NCBI GenBank assembly: GCA_018820925.1
Contig: JAHJNJ010000017.1
Span: 8,064-72,063 of the forward strand
Direction: 5' to 3'
DNA: 64,000 bases
Source: Gammaproteobacteria bacterium
Lineage (GTDB): Bacteria > Pseudomonadota > Gammaproteobacteria > Burkholderiales > Gallionellaceae
Below, one piece after another: positions 48,751 to 58,658 of this stretch. How positions within the stretch are numbered: position 1 is the first letter of the stretch; each line of letters opens with the position of its first letter. The notes beneath the pieces are model-generated. The model saw only the letters and a list, made by a program, of their open reading frames with translations. It was not told the DNA's origin and did not search any database. The translations under genes and the position numbers were made by a program.

Positions 48751-49605
48751 ATGGCTACGATACATGGAATGGGTATGGGGCGGCAACGCGATTTGGCGGA
48801 CTTCCGCGACCGCACGGTGCAGACTGATTCAATCAAGGCAATCCTGGGCAAATCGGCGCCGCTCAAAGCCGCCGCACGGAAACAACCCGCTTCCATCGAT
48901 TTGCGGGCATGGTGCTCGCCCGTCGAAAACCAGGGCAATCTGGGATCGTGCACCGCCAATGCGGGGGTCGGCATGCTTGAGTATTACGAACGCCGCACCT
49001 CGGGCAAGCATATTGACGGATCGCGCCTGTTTCTCTACAAGGTCACGCGCGAACTGCAGGGAATCAAAGGCGATGACGGCGCCCAATTGCGCGACGTCAT
49101 GAAAGCCATGGTGCTGTTCGGCGTCCCGCCGGAAAAATACTGGCCGTATCTCGTCGACAAATTCAACGACGAACCGAGCAATTTCTGTTACGCCTTCGCG
49201 CAAAACTATCAGGCGCTCCAATATTACCGTCTCGATCCTGCAGGCACATCGCCCACCGATGCGCTTGCCGCAATCAGGAAAAACCTGGCTGCCAAATTGC
49301 CGGCCATGTTCGGTTTTTCCGTATACAGCTCCATACCGCCCCTGGGCGATGGCAAAGGAGAGATACCGTTCCCCGAACTGGGCGACTCCCTGGAAGGCGG
49401 TCACGCCGTGCTTGCAGTCGGCTACGACGACAGCAAGAAAATCGGCAAGACCAAAGGTGCCTTGCTGATCCGCAACTCATGGAGCACAGACTGGGGCGAC
49501 AAAGGCTACGGCTGGCTGCCCTACGCCTATGTCGAACAGGGACTCGCAGACGATTTCTGGTCCATGGTCAAGGCAGAGTATGTGGACACAGATTTATTCA
49601 AGTAA
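48751..49605 (+). CDS. C1 (papain-like) cysteine peptidase, no signal peptide
   Basis: QGNLGSCTANA (Gln/Cys), GGHAVLAVGY (His), IRNSW (Asn); AAGGAG RBS. Confidence 0.9.
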   Translation: MATIHGMGMGRQRDLADFRDRTVQTDSIKAILGKSAPLKAAARKQPASIDLRAWCSPVENQGNLGSCTANAGVGMLEYYERRTSGKHIDGSRLFLYKVTRELQGIKGDDGAQLRDVMKAMVLFGVPPEKYWPYLVDKFNDEPSNFCYAFAQNYQALQYYRLDPAGTSPTDALAAIRKNLAAKLPAMFGFSVYSSIPPLGDGKGEIPFPELGDSLEGGHAVLAVGYDDSKKIGKTKGALLIRNSWSTDWGDKGYGWLPYAYVEQGLADDFWSMVKAEYVDTDLFK

Positions 49606-49671
49606 AGCGCGCGGCGCGAATGACAGACAAATCGACCAACAATCTTCGATCAATCGGGAGGTGTACCAATC

Positions 49672-51342
49672 ATGCGCAACAGACAAGAGAAAGACCAGTT
49701 GAGTGTTCAAGCCATAGCCGGGACCCATGTGGTATTGCTCGGCATTAACCTGCCCAAAGCAAAATGTTCCGGATTGCTCGGCTTCGCGATCCGGCGTGAA
49801 GACCATACCGAGGGGGAACGCTACTGGTTGAGCGGATACAAAACCTTCGCCAGCGTCGAACCCGATCCCGCACCCGGCGCACAATATTCGACGCGGCGCC
49901 ACCCGATACAGGGATTCACATGGTCGGATTTTTCGGCCAAGCCGGGTTACGACTATACCTATGAGGTCGTGGCAATGCGCGGCTCGCCGTCGGCACCGGA
50001 TGAGGCCGAACGCGTGAGCGTAAAGATCAGCACCGAATCCGAATCGCCAACCGGCAGCAAACACCACGTGCACTTCAACCGGGGTGCGGCGGCATCGCAG
50101 GAATACACGCGGCGCTTCGGCGACAAACGCCCTGAAGAAATCGGACAGTCGGCTTTCAACTGGCTGTCGCGCGGCGCGGCAGAATCAATCAAACAACTCA
50201 TCGAACGCGCCGCCGATGCGGGTTGGGGACTGCGCGTGTGCGCCTACGAGTTCACCGATGACCATGTGCTGCAGGCGCTCAAGGACGCGCACAAACGCAA
50301 GGCGGACGTGCGCGTGCTGTATCACGCACGCAATGACAGCACTAAAACCGGTAACGAAGAAGCGATCAAAAAATATGCCCTGTCCCGGATATGCAAGCCG
50401 CGCAATGCCAAAGGCCTTTCACTCTCGCACAACAAGGTAATCGTCCTCACCCAGGGCGGCAAGGCACAGGCGGTACTTACCGGCTCGACCAATTTCAGCG
50501 AGGGCGGCATCTACGGCCACAGCAACGTCGTGCACATCTGCGAAGACCGCAACATTGCCGCGCAATATCTGTGGCTATGGAACGAACTCGCCAAGAATGA
50601 AGACCGGCGTTATGCGGCCCCGTTACTGGCGGAAAAAACGCCGCTGCCCGCCGACCCGAAAACGCCCGGCACCTCTCCCATCTTCAGCCCGCGCGCCGAT
50701 TTGTCCGCACTGGAATGGTATGCCCGGCAGGCCAAGGACGGCGGCGGGGCGCTGTTCATGACTTTCGCTTTCGGCATGAACGACCTGTTCCAGGATGCGT
50801 ACCGCGATGGTAAGGCGAAACTGCGCTACAGCCTCATGGAACAAATGAGCGGCCCGACCCGAACCCCAGCGCAGAAAAAAGCGAACGAAGCCAAGATCAT
50901 CGCATTGCGCAAAATGGTCGAAAACAAATTTGCCATCGGCTCGCAATTGAAGGATGGCACCTTTGAACGCTGGCTTGACGAAAGCTTGAGCGGTCTCAAT
51001 GTCCACGTGAAATACCTGCATACCAAATACATGCTGGTCGATCCGCTGGGCAAGAATCCGCTGGTGGTCAGCGGCTCTGCCAACTTCAGCGAGGCTTCCA
51101 CCACTTCCAACGACGAGAACATGCTCGTCATCCGCGGCGACACACGTGTGGCCGATATCTACCTGGGCGAATTCATGCGCCTGTACCGCCACTATGCGTT
51201 TCGCGACTGGCTGTCCTCGCAACCGGACAACCAGCAGACCGAAGCCAAAGTGTCCCACCTCGACGAAAAGAATACCTGGTGGAAGCGATATTTCGGCACC
51301 TCGTTCGCCTCGCGCCAGCGCGCATACTTTGCCGGGAAATGA
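49672..51342 (+). CDS. Phospholipase D/nuclease superfamily protein with two HxK motifs
   Basis: HNKVIVLT..LTGSTNFS and HTKYMLVD..VSGSANFS. Confidence 0.85.
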   Translation: MRNRQEKDQLSVQAIAGTHVVLLGINLPKAKCSGLLGFAIRREDHTEGERYWLSGYKTFASVEPDPAPGAQYSTRRHPIQGFTWSDFSAKPGYDYTYEVVAMRGSPSAPDEAERVSVKISTESESPTGSKHHVHFNRGAAASQEYTRRFGDKRPEEIGQSAFNWLSRGAAESIKQLIERAADAGWGLRVCAYEFTDDHVLQALKDAHKRKADVRVLYHARNDSTKTGNEEAIKKYALSRICKPRNAKGLSLSHNKVIVLTQGGKAQAVLTGSTNFSEGGIYGHSNVVHICEDRNIAAQYLWLWNELAKNEDRRYAAPLLAEKTPLPADPKTPGTSPIFSPRADLSALEWYARQAKDGGGALFMTFAFGMNDLFQDAYRDGKAKLRYSLMEQMSGPTRTPAQKKANEAKIIALRKMVENKFAIGSQLKDGTFERWLDESLSGLNVHVKYLHTKYMLVDPLGKNPLVVSGSANFSEASTTSNDENMLVIRGDTRVADIYLGEFMRLYRHYAFRDWLSSQPDNQQTEAKVSHLDEKNTWWKRYFGTSFASRQRAYFAGK

Positions 51343-51379
51343 GCTGCGAAATTGGTGCCTGACACAGCGCTGCGCATAG

Positions 51380-51408
51380 AAAAAGGCGACCCGACGGTCG
51401 CCTTTTTT
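51380..51408. terminator. Bidirectional terminator
   Basis: AAAAAGGCGACC-cgac-GGTCGCCTTTTTT between convergent genes. Confidence 0.85.
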
Positions 51409-51444
51409 AACTGGTAACAAGTGCCGCTCTCAGGCGCCAGACCT

Positions 51445-52173
51445 TTACTCCAGCGTCGCTTCCTCGATAAGCACCTTGTAGGCATAACCCGAACCGAAGT
51501 CCTTGTCCGTACGAACAGTCCCTTTAACAGTCACGACATCCCCAACCCTGGTTTCGCTCTGCGAGGTCACCAGAATATCGTTCGTGTCGTCAGTAGCCGA
51601 TCCAGAACCGTCACGCAGGTGGATCCAGTTCTTGCCCATGATGCTTGGGTTGAACTTCACTACCCTGCCGCGCAGTTGGACAGTTTTGTCCTTGAGATCG
51701 GCGCTGCTGGTGACAATCTCGGAAACCGTGTACGCGTTCGCACCGCTGGCCTTGGCAACCGGCGCTTCGTTAATCGTTTCCAGCTTCTTGCCCGGAACAA
51801 GCGGATAGGCCGTGCCCAGGCCATGCCCGGTCGGCGCCATTGCAGTTGCACTTCCCAATGTGCCGAACAGAATCGTCGGGAAGGTTTTGTTCAGTGCCTT
51901 GCTGTGAAAGTTGTTCATCACCACCCCGTTTTCAACGGTGACGGTGCTGCCTTTCCTGACCTTGGCCGTCATCACCGCAGCCCATAGTTCGCCGTCCCGG
52001 GTTTTGAGACGGAGGAAGGTGTAACTGTCGACATCCTTGACCTCAAGCACCTTGCCCGTCATGGAAACGGCTGGCGCTGTCGGCATGGCGGCGGGGGGCA
52101 TTGTGGCAGGTGTTTCAGATGCAATAACGAGCGTCGAAAAAAATAACATGCAAATTGCCAACAATGCTTTCAT
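51445..52173 (-). CDS. Exported tandem OB-fold protein
   Basis: Signal peptide; GKVLEVKDVDSYTFL; RGRVVKFNPSIMGKNWIHLRDGSG. Confidence 0.65.
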   Translation of the reverse strand: MKALLAICMLFFSTLVIASETPATMPPAAMPTAPAVSMTGKVLEVKDVDSYTFLRLKTRDGELWAAVMTAKVRKGSTVTVENGVVMNNFHSKALNKTFPTILFGTLGSATAMAPTGHGLGTAYPLVPGKKLETINEAPVAKASGANAYTVSEIVTSSADLKDKTVQLRGRVVKFNPSIMGKNWIHLRDGSGSATDDTNDILVTSQSETRVGDVVTVKGTVRTDKDFGSGYAYKVLIEEATLE

Positions 52174-52349
52174 GGTCTGACTACTCCTTCTTGTAAAGTT
52201 CGCAAAGTGTAACAGGACAAAAAATTCCGGTCATGCCCGCCTGGGGGATGTGAGGGCTGTTGCACCGATAAAGTTGCATCGGATTGAAAATATCGACGTG
52301 GCGCAGGTGGCAGTACCCCTGCCGAATACAGGACTTCCTGCCCGGAACT

Positions 52350-54995
52350 TTATGTTGTTGCAGTGCGGTACAGCCAACCGCGCCGCACCATCCATTTTTC
52401 GATCTCCACGGCAAAGAACACGACACTGGATGAAATAATGCAAATTGCCAGTTCGCCCGGGCTGAGCGGCTTTGTTTTGAAAATCTCGTTGAAGAGCGGC
52501 AAATAGATTGTCGTCATCTGGAGCATAAAGGTAAAGATGATGCTTGCCGCCATCGCCGGGTTGGAAAAGAAGCCGACACTGAACAAGGATTCCTTTTCCG
52601 AGCGTATGGCCATTACATGGGCAAGTTGCGACAGGGTAAGCACTGTGAACACCATGGTTTGCCAGTTTGCCGAACCACTGCGCATACTCCAGGCTTGTAT
52701 CAACAAACATATCCCTGCCATCAACATCCCGACCCAGATCATGTGCTGCCACATGCCGTGCGCGAAGATGCTTTCCTGCGGGGGACGCGACGGACGGCGC
52801 ATGATGCCGCGCTCGGCGGGTTCTATTGCCAACGCCAGACCGGGTAAACCATCGGTGACCAGATTGATCCACAAAATCTGAATCGGCAACAGCGGAATCG
52901 GCAATCCGAGAAACGGTGCCAGAAAGATCGTCAGGATTTCGGCTGAGTTGGTGGAAATGCCGTAGCGGACGAATTTGCGGATATTGTCGTACAGGCGGCG
53001 CCCCTGGCGCACGGCATGCACAATGGTGGCGAAATTGTCGTCGAGCAACACCATATCCGCCGCCTCGCGCGCCACATCGGTGCCGCCCTTGCCCATGGCA
53101 ATGCCGATGTCCGCCGCCTTGAGCGCGGGTGCATCGTTGACGCCGTCGCCGGTCATTGCCACCACTTCGTGCATATCTTGCAGCGCACGCACAATTTTGA
53201 TTTTCTGCGCCGGATTAACGCGCGCATATACCCTCACCTGCTTAACCATGGCTTCGAATGCAGCCTGATCGAGTTGCGCCAACTCCACACCGGTCATTAC
53301 GCGACCGTCGCCATCGTCAAGGATGCCGAGCTGGCTGGCAATCGCGCGCGCGGTGGCCGGATGGTCGCCGGTGATCATCACGGGTGTAATGCCGGCGGAA
53401 ATGCATTGTGCCACCGCTTCCTTCACTTCGCCGCGCGGAGGATCGATCAGCCCGACGAATCCCACAAAGACCAAATCCTGTTCCAGCTCTGCGTTGCGTT
53501 CGCTTTCCGGCAACGAAGGCCAGTGCCGAAACGCAATTGCCAGTACGCGCAAACCGTCTGCGGCCATGGACTCCGCCTGCCGCAGCAGCGCATCGGCATC
53601 CACGGCCTGTTCACCAGATGCGCCAAGCATGCGGGTACACTGCGACAACACCGTTTCCGGGGAACCTTTGGTATAGGCAACAACCTGCTCGGCGCTGGCG
53701 TGAAAAGTCGTCATACGTTTGCGCTCGGAATCGAACGGCAGCTCTTTCAGGCGCGGTGTTTCCAGTTCCAGCACTGATTTGTCATAGCCCGCCGCCTGCG
53801 CGGCATGCAGCAGCGCCGCCTCGGTCGGTTCGCCGCGCACCTTGTGGTGTTTGTCCAGAGATGCGTCATTATTCAGTGCCAGCGCTCGGAACAATGTCGG
53901 CCAGGGCTCGGCATCCCTTCCACCAGGCGTAGCGTCACGTATCGCACCATCGGCGTAGATCGCCGTCATGGTCATCTTGTTCTGCGTAAGTGTGCCGGTC
54001 TTGTCGGAGCAGATGAAGCTGACCGAACCCAGCGTCTCGACAGCAGGCAGGCGACGGATCAATGCCTGCTGTTTGACCATTTTATGCGCGCCCAATGCCA
54101 GCGAGATCGTCACCACCGCCGGAAGCGCAGACGGAATTGCAGCGACGGCAAGGCTCAGCGCGGTCATGAACATCAGCAGCAGCGGTTCGCCTCGCAACAC
54201 GCCAATAGTAAACACCAGTACGCAGATCGCCAGCGCTGCAATGGCAAGTTGTTTGCCCAAACGCGTCAGCCGTTTCTGCATCGGCGTCTTGCTTTCTTCG
54301 CTTGCATTGAGCAGCGCGGCTATCTTGCCCAGTTCCGTGTCCATGCCGGTTGTCACCACCAAGCCCTGCGCCCGGCCAAAGGTAACGATGGTGCCTTTGT
54401 AGGCCAGACATAGCCTGTCGCCCAGCGGAGCATCAAGCGCAGTCTGCGCCTGAGCCAGTTTTTCCACGGCGACCGATTCCCCGGTAAGCGCAGATTCGTC
54501 GATCTTGAGACGAGTTGTCTCGACAATGCGCAGGTCGGCGGGCACCACATTGCCCGCCTCCAGCAGCACCGCATCGCCTGGCACCAGTTCCGAGGCATTG
54601 ACCGTTTCCACGCGGCCATCGCGCAATACCTGTGCGCTCGCCTCCGCCATGCGCTTGAGCGCGGCCATGGCACGCTCCGCGCGGAATTCCTGGATGAAGC
54701 CGATCAGCGCATTCAGGATCACGATGACGATGATGGCGATGGTGTCACCCACATCGCCGACGACGCCGGAGATGATCGCCGCACCGATCAACACAATGAT
54801 CATGAAATCGCTGAATTGGTCGAGCAGCATGCGCCAAGGAGAACGCGCACGTTTTTCCTGCAGGGCATTGGTACCGAAACGCGTCAGCCGCTCGACCGCC
54901 TCCGCCGCACTCAGTCCGGAATGCAGGCTGGTCTCAAGGCGTTGCGCGACTTCATCGGCGCCCAGCGTGTGCCAGTTGTCGGGCTTATTGGGCAT
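52350..54995 (-). CDS. Type IIA (Ca2+-type) P-type ATPase
   Basis: DKTGTLT, TGES, PFDSERKRM, MITGDH, TGDGVNDAPAL, INLVTDGLP. Confidence 0.95.
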   Translation of the reverse strand: MPNKPDNWHTLGADEVAQRLETSLHSGLSAAEAVERLTRFGTNALQEKRARSPWRMLLDQFSDFMIIVLIGAAIISGVVGDVGDTIAIIVIVILNALIGFIQEFRAERAMAALKRMAEASAQVLRDGRVETVNASELVPGDAVLLEAGNVVPADLRIVETTRLKIDESALTGESVAVEKLAQAQTALDAPLGDRLCLAYKGTIVTFGRAQGLVVTTGMDTELGKIAALLNASEESKTPMQKRLTRLGKQLAIAALAICVLVFTIGVLRGEPLLLMFMTALSLAVAAIPSALPAVVTISLALGAHKMVKQQALIRRLPAVETLGSVSFICSDKTGTLTQNKMTMTAIYADGAIRDATPGGRDAEPWPTLFRALALNNDASLDKHHKVRGEPTEAALLHAAQAAGYDKSVLELETPRLKELPFDSERKRMTTFHASAEQVVAYTKGSPETVLSQCTRMLGASGEQAVDADALLRQAESMAADGLRVLAIAFRHWPSLPESERNAELEQDLVFVGFVGLIDPPRGEVKEAVAQCISAGITPVMITGDHPATARAIASQLGILDDGDGRVMTGVELAQLDQAAFEAMVKQVRVYARVNPAQKIKIVRALQDMHEVVAMTGDGVNDAPALKAADIGIAMGKGGTDVAREAADMVLLDDNFATIVHAVRQGRRLYDNIRKFVRYGISTNSAEILTIFLAPFLGLPIPLLPIQILWINLVTDGLPGLALAIEPAERGIMRRPSRPPQESIFAHGMWQHMIWVGMLMAGICLLIQAWSMRSGSANWQTMVFTVLTLSQLAHVMAIRSEKESLFSVGFFSNPAMAASIIFTFMLQMTTIYLPLFNEIFKTKPLSPGELAICIISSSVVFFAVEIEKWMVRRGWLYRTATT

Positions 54996-55989
54996 GTTCG
55001 AACAATATCCACGAGTTGAGCACATACAGCATGAGCAAGCCCAGGCTCACCCAGGTCAGCCCCAGCACGACACGGCCTTGAGGCCGGTAGATCAGGCCCA
55101 CGGTCACCAGCGCGCTCATCATCACGGCGGTGAAAGCAGTCAACGCGTGGCTGGTTTGCGCATGCGCAAGCAAAGGGCCTTTGGTGTAAAACACATCCAC
55201 CACCGCCAGCACCGCAATATCAAACAAGTTGCTGCCGAGCAGATTGGCAATGGCCATATCCAGCGCACCGATGCGCAACGCCGAAATAGTGACCGCCGCT
55301 TCCGGCGCCGAAGTCACGCCCGCCACCAGCAACGTGCCGACAAAACTCTGGCCCCAGCCCATCAGGTCGGAGATATCCTTGGCGATCACCGGCAACCAGA
55401 TACCGGCCAGCACCACCGCGAAAGCCGCCTTGGCGTAGCCGATGACAGCGCTGCGCAAGGTCACCTCAGGATAACGCTCGACTGAAGCCTCGGCATATTC
55501 GGACAGCGTACGGCGTTCATAGCTGTACACGGCGCGCATGGACACCAGGTAAACCAGCACGATCAGCGGCGTATAGAGCCCGACGAATCCAAGCGACATA
55601 TTCATTCCCGCATGATCCAGCAGCAAACTGAATCCGGCGAACGCGATCAGCATCGTGCCCAGCGCAGCCGACAGGATGTGGCCCTGTGCGGCACGCCCGT
55701 ACATGCTCTCGCGCCGGTACAACGCATCCAGCACTACCAGGATGGCAAGGTTGAATACCGTGCTGCCCAGCACCTCGCCGACCGCGATATCCGGCGAATC
55801 CGCTAACGTGACGGCGGAAATGCCGGTGATCAATTCCGGCAGCGAGGTTGCCGTGGCGAGCAGGATGAGGCCGATCCAGGAAGCGGAGATGCCGGATTTC
55901 TCGGCGATGATGTCGCCGTAACGTGAAAGGTAATAGCCCGCGTAAGCAATGACGGAAAGACAAATCAGGAATTCCAGCCAGATCAGCAT
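54985..55989 (-). CDS. Sodium:calcium antiporter (YrbG/CaCA family)
   Basis: Alpha repeats LATATSLPEL and GVTSAPEA, LLGSNLFD; GGAGA RBS. Confidence 0.88.
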   Translation of the reverse strand: MLIWLEFLICLSVIAYAGYYLSRYGDIIAEKSGISASWIGLILLATATSLPELITGISAVTLADSPDIAVGEVLGSTVFNLAILVVLDALYRRESMYGRAAQGHILSAALGTMLIAFAGFSLLLDHAGMNMSLGFVGLYTPLIVLVYLVSMRAVYSYERRTLSEYAEASVERYPEVTLRSAVIGYAKAAFAVVLAGIWLPVIAKDISDLMGWGQSFVGTLLVAGVTSAPEAAVTISALRIGALDMAIANLLGSNLFDIAVLAVVDVFYTKGPLLAHAQTSHALTAFTAVMMSALVTVGLIYRPQGRVVLGLTWVSLGLLMLYVLNSWILFEHAQ

Positions 55990-56088
55990 GTCAGTCGATC
56001 TCCCAAAATATGGCAAGGCACTTGCGTCGCAATATTACATTTTACATGCGTACCAATCGGCTCCGGCCGCAAAATCGGCAACACATAA

Positions 56089-56118
56089 TTGACACTACCC
56101 TCGCAATTCCCATACTGT
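56089..56118 (+). promoter_or_regulatory. 18-bp-spacer promoter, copy 3 of 5
   Basis: TTGACA-CTACCCTCGCAATTCCCA-TACTGT-TCGC. Confidence 0.65.
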
Positions 56119-56154
56119 TCGCCCAACCTGCAAATATAGCCACAAGAAAGAAGT

Positions 56155-57327
56155 ATGGGCATCAATCTCACACGACTCGTTTTACGCAAAGGCAACCAGC
56201 CGACGCGATACACCTGGTTGAAGCCGTTCTGCTTGGTGGCATGCAGCCTGCTCGTTTCCTGCGGCGGCGGCAGCGAAACACCGCCCCCGCCAGCTGCAAC
56301 GCGCACTTTCCTCATGGGCTTCTCGCCGTGGCCGTGGGACGCAACCCAGGAAGCGGTGGACTGGACCTACCAGGCCATCATGACCAACGGCGATATCGTC
56401 TCGCACCACATCGAAGAAGGTGTGCCCTGGCCGGAAGCATTGGCCGGTTCCGCTGTCCCGGCCAGTTATGCCAGCATGCTGGCAGACCGTGTCACCCGCA
56501 CACCCGCCGGGAAAAAAATCCTGCTGCAGATCAACCCCCTCAATCTTGGCCGCGACGGACTGGCCAGTTACCGCACCGATGCCGCCATCAACGCCGCGCT
56601 GACTGTCCCGTGGAACGGCTACGCCCTCAACGCAACGGAGGTGAAGACTGCCTTTGCCAACTATGCGCTGTATATGGTGAACACCATGCACCCGGACTAT
56701 CTTCAAATCGGCGTCGAGGTCAATTTGCTCAAGCGCAATAGTCCGGCGTTGTGGACGCAATATGTCGAGTTGCAATGCTCAACCTATAGCGCAGTCAAAG
56801 CCGTGCATCCGGACCTCCCCGTTTCCGTCTCGCTGTTCTCCGTCCCGTTCTTCCCGGAATGGTCGGGACCGGACAACCTGACCGATCAGCAGAATGCGCT
56901 GGCCGATGTTTCCGCCTGCAGCGACGTGATCGGCTTCTCGGTGCATCCCTTCATGAGCGCCCTGCTCGCCGACAGTTTTCCGGCGGACTATTTCGACCGC
57001 CTGTTCGCCTATACGACAAAACCCATCGCTATCACCGAGAGCAGCTACCCGGCACAGGAATGGAGTTCTGGCAGCTCGACCTGGAACGGCACGCAGGCCA
57101 AACAGGCCGACTTTCTGGACAAGATACTGACTGCCGCCCAAAGCCACCAACTGCAATATGTGATCTGGTTCACCGTGCGCGACTACGACCAGCTCTGGAA
57201 CGGCGCACTGGCACATGACCCGACTGCATTGATCTGGCGCGACACCGGGCTCTACGATGAAAACGGATTGGCGCGCGAAGCCATGACGACCTGGAGTAAC
57301 ACACTGAGCAAGACCTATCTGCCATGA
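56155..57327 (+). CDS. Putative glycoside hydrolase (clan GH-A TIM-barrel) lipoprotein
   Basis: Lipobox LVSC-GGG; IGVEVN (acid/base-like), KPIAITESSYP (nucleophile-like), GLYDENG. Confidence 0.6.
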   Translation: MGINLTRLVLRKGNQPTRYTWLKPFCLVACSLLVSCGGGSETPPPPAATRTFLMGFSPWPWDATQEAVDWTYQAIMTNGDIVSHHIEEGVPWPEALAGSAVPASYASMLADRVTRTPAGKKILLQINPLNLGRDGLASYRTDAAINAALTVPWNGYALNATEVKTAFANYALYMVNTMHPDYLQIGVEVNLLKRNSPALWTQYVELQCSTYSAVKAVHPDLPVSVSLFSVPFFPEWSGPDNLTDQQNALADVSACSDVIGFSVHPFMSALLADSFPADYFDRLFAYTTKPIAITESSYPAQEWSSGSSTWNGTQAKQADFLDKILTAAQSHQLQYVIWFTVRDYDQLWNGALAHDPTALIWRDTGLYDENGLAREAMTTWSNTLSKTYLP

Positions 57328-57388
57328 CAACCCATGGCATGGTTTGTCGTCGATTCAATGAGTCTGACTTTTGCGACGGAGCGACTGA

Positions 57389-57901
57389 ATGAACAAATAC
57401 ATACTGCTGCTGGTGCTGATTTCCGGCATCTTGTCCGGATACCTGATCGGTGACTACCGGAACAAAGACGCGCGCGAAGCGCTGAAAAAGGCGCTCGAAA
57501 CAGGCAAGACGCTGGACACAGAGCGCGAAGCCGCCATCACCCGGCTCAAAGCCGAACTGGACGGCATCACCGACAGGCATCGCCGGGAACTGGAAGCGAT
57601 TCGCAAAAGCAACGCTGCCAAAATCGCCGAATGGCGGCGTGCCAGGGATGGATTGAACGACCAGATCAAACACTCAAGCGCCAGACTCGCCGCATCCGAC
57701 AACCGGCTGAAAACACTTGCCGCCCGGCGCGATGCCGCATCCGGTGCCGAGAGGACAAAACTTGATCTGGAGATGGCGAACCTGCGCAAGGAGCGCGATG
57801 ATTTGCAGCGGGAAATCGAAGGCAACGCATGCCTGCAAACACGGGTTCCGCTCAGTGTGTCTGAAGCACTGAATGAAACACACATCGCGGGGAGCAAATA
57901 A
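57389..57901 (+). CDS. Rz-like inner-membrane spanin candidate
   Basis: Single N-terminal TM, long predicted coiled coil, C-terminal C-x4-VP-x-SV...LN. Confidence 0.6.
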   Translation: MNKYILLLVLISGILSGYLIGDYRNKDAREALKKALETGKTLDTEREAAITRLKAELDGITDRHRRELEAIRKSNAAKIAEWRRARDGLNDQIKHSSARLAASDNRLKTLAARRDAASGAERTKLDLEMANLRKERDDLQREIEGNACLQTRVPLSVSEALNETHIAGSK

Positions 57902-58218
57902 TGAAATCACCTTGCTTGAAACTCCTGCCGATCTTGCTGGGCAGTCTGTTCATCGCGGGATGCAACACACTTCCCGTTGCCTCGCATGCGATCGGTTGCG
58001 ATGTAAGCGCAGAACTGCTCTCCGGCAAATGCGCGGCGCCCAGGCCGGTCTCCAACGGCACGACTTACGCGGCGCTGGTCGACACCATGCAGGCAGATCG
58101 CAAGGCATTACAGGAATGCGGCAATATGACAGACGCATTGCGCGATGCTCTCCTGCGCTGCAATCAGGCGACCGGCGAGTACAACAGCAAGATCGATGCA
58201 CTTAACCGCGCGCGCTAG
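57901..58218 (+). CDS. Rz1-like outer-membrane lipoprotein (o-spanin) candidate
   Basis: Lipobox IAGC; CAAPRPV...TTYAAL...ALQECG; TAATG overlap with upstream gene. Confidence 0.6.
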   Translation: MKSPCLKLLPILLGSLFIAGCNTLPVASHAIGCDVSAELLSGKCAAPRPVSNGTTYAALVDTMQADRKALQECGNMTDALRDALLRCNQATGEYNSKIDALNRAR

Positions 58219-58382
58219 ACAAGCAGCCAAGCCGAATTGGTTCTGTCCAGAGCAGCAAGAACGATTCATACCCGAAAGCTCTTTTCAGGACCTGAACGGG
58301 CATGAATCAGTTGAGTAGATTTATATGCAGCGGTGTCATTACACCTTGGAAGCGGAAAAGACGCGAATACAACGCGCCTGAA

Positions 58383-58658
58383 TCAGTAAGCGGCAGGCGG
58401 TTCGGAAGCAGAAGGCGGTTCCGGAGTTGAGTCTTCAGCCACGGCCGACGCTACTGAAGGTTCACCGGCATTCGTATCTTCGTCAGCGGGCGATGCTTCC
58501 TGTTGCACGGCGGGGGTCTTGATGGCAGCCTGCTTCTTATCTGCGGCAGCCTTGCCCAGATTGACAATGGTCCCGGACATCATCGCCTTGAATGCAAAAA
58601 TGGCAATGATGCTCACCGCAACAACGATCAGCAGGCGTTTCAGGGCGCGTTCATCCAT
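58383..58658 (-). CDS. Small hypothetical membrane protein with acidic Ala/Pro-rich tail
   Basis: N-terminal TM LLIVVAVSIIAIFAF; low-complexity C-terminus. Confidence 0.55.
   Translation of the reverse strand: MDERALKRLLIVVAVSIIAIFAFKAMMSGTIVNLGKAAADKKQAAIKTPAVQQEASPADEDTNAGEPSVASAVAEDSTPEPPSASEPPAAY

Noticed and set aside
56089-56118. Sigma32 reading of the repeated promoter (TTGACA...CCCAT)
   Set aside because: Only this copy has CCCAT; the others read C(C/A)CCTA, and all five fit TAnnnT.
55990-56150. Possible yybP-ykoY Mn2+ riboswitch ahead of the antiporter/P-ATPase
   Set aside because: Only a short GAGGGTAG-like match, explained by the opposite-strand promoter; no conserved junction motifs.
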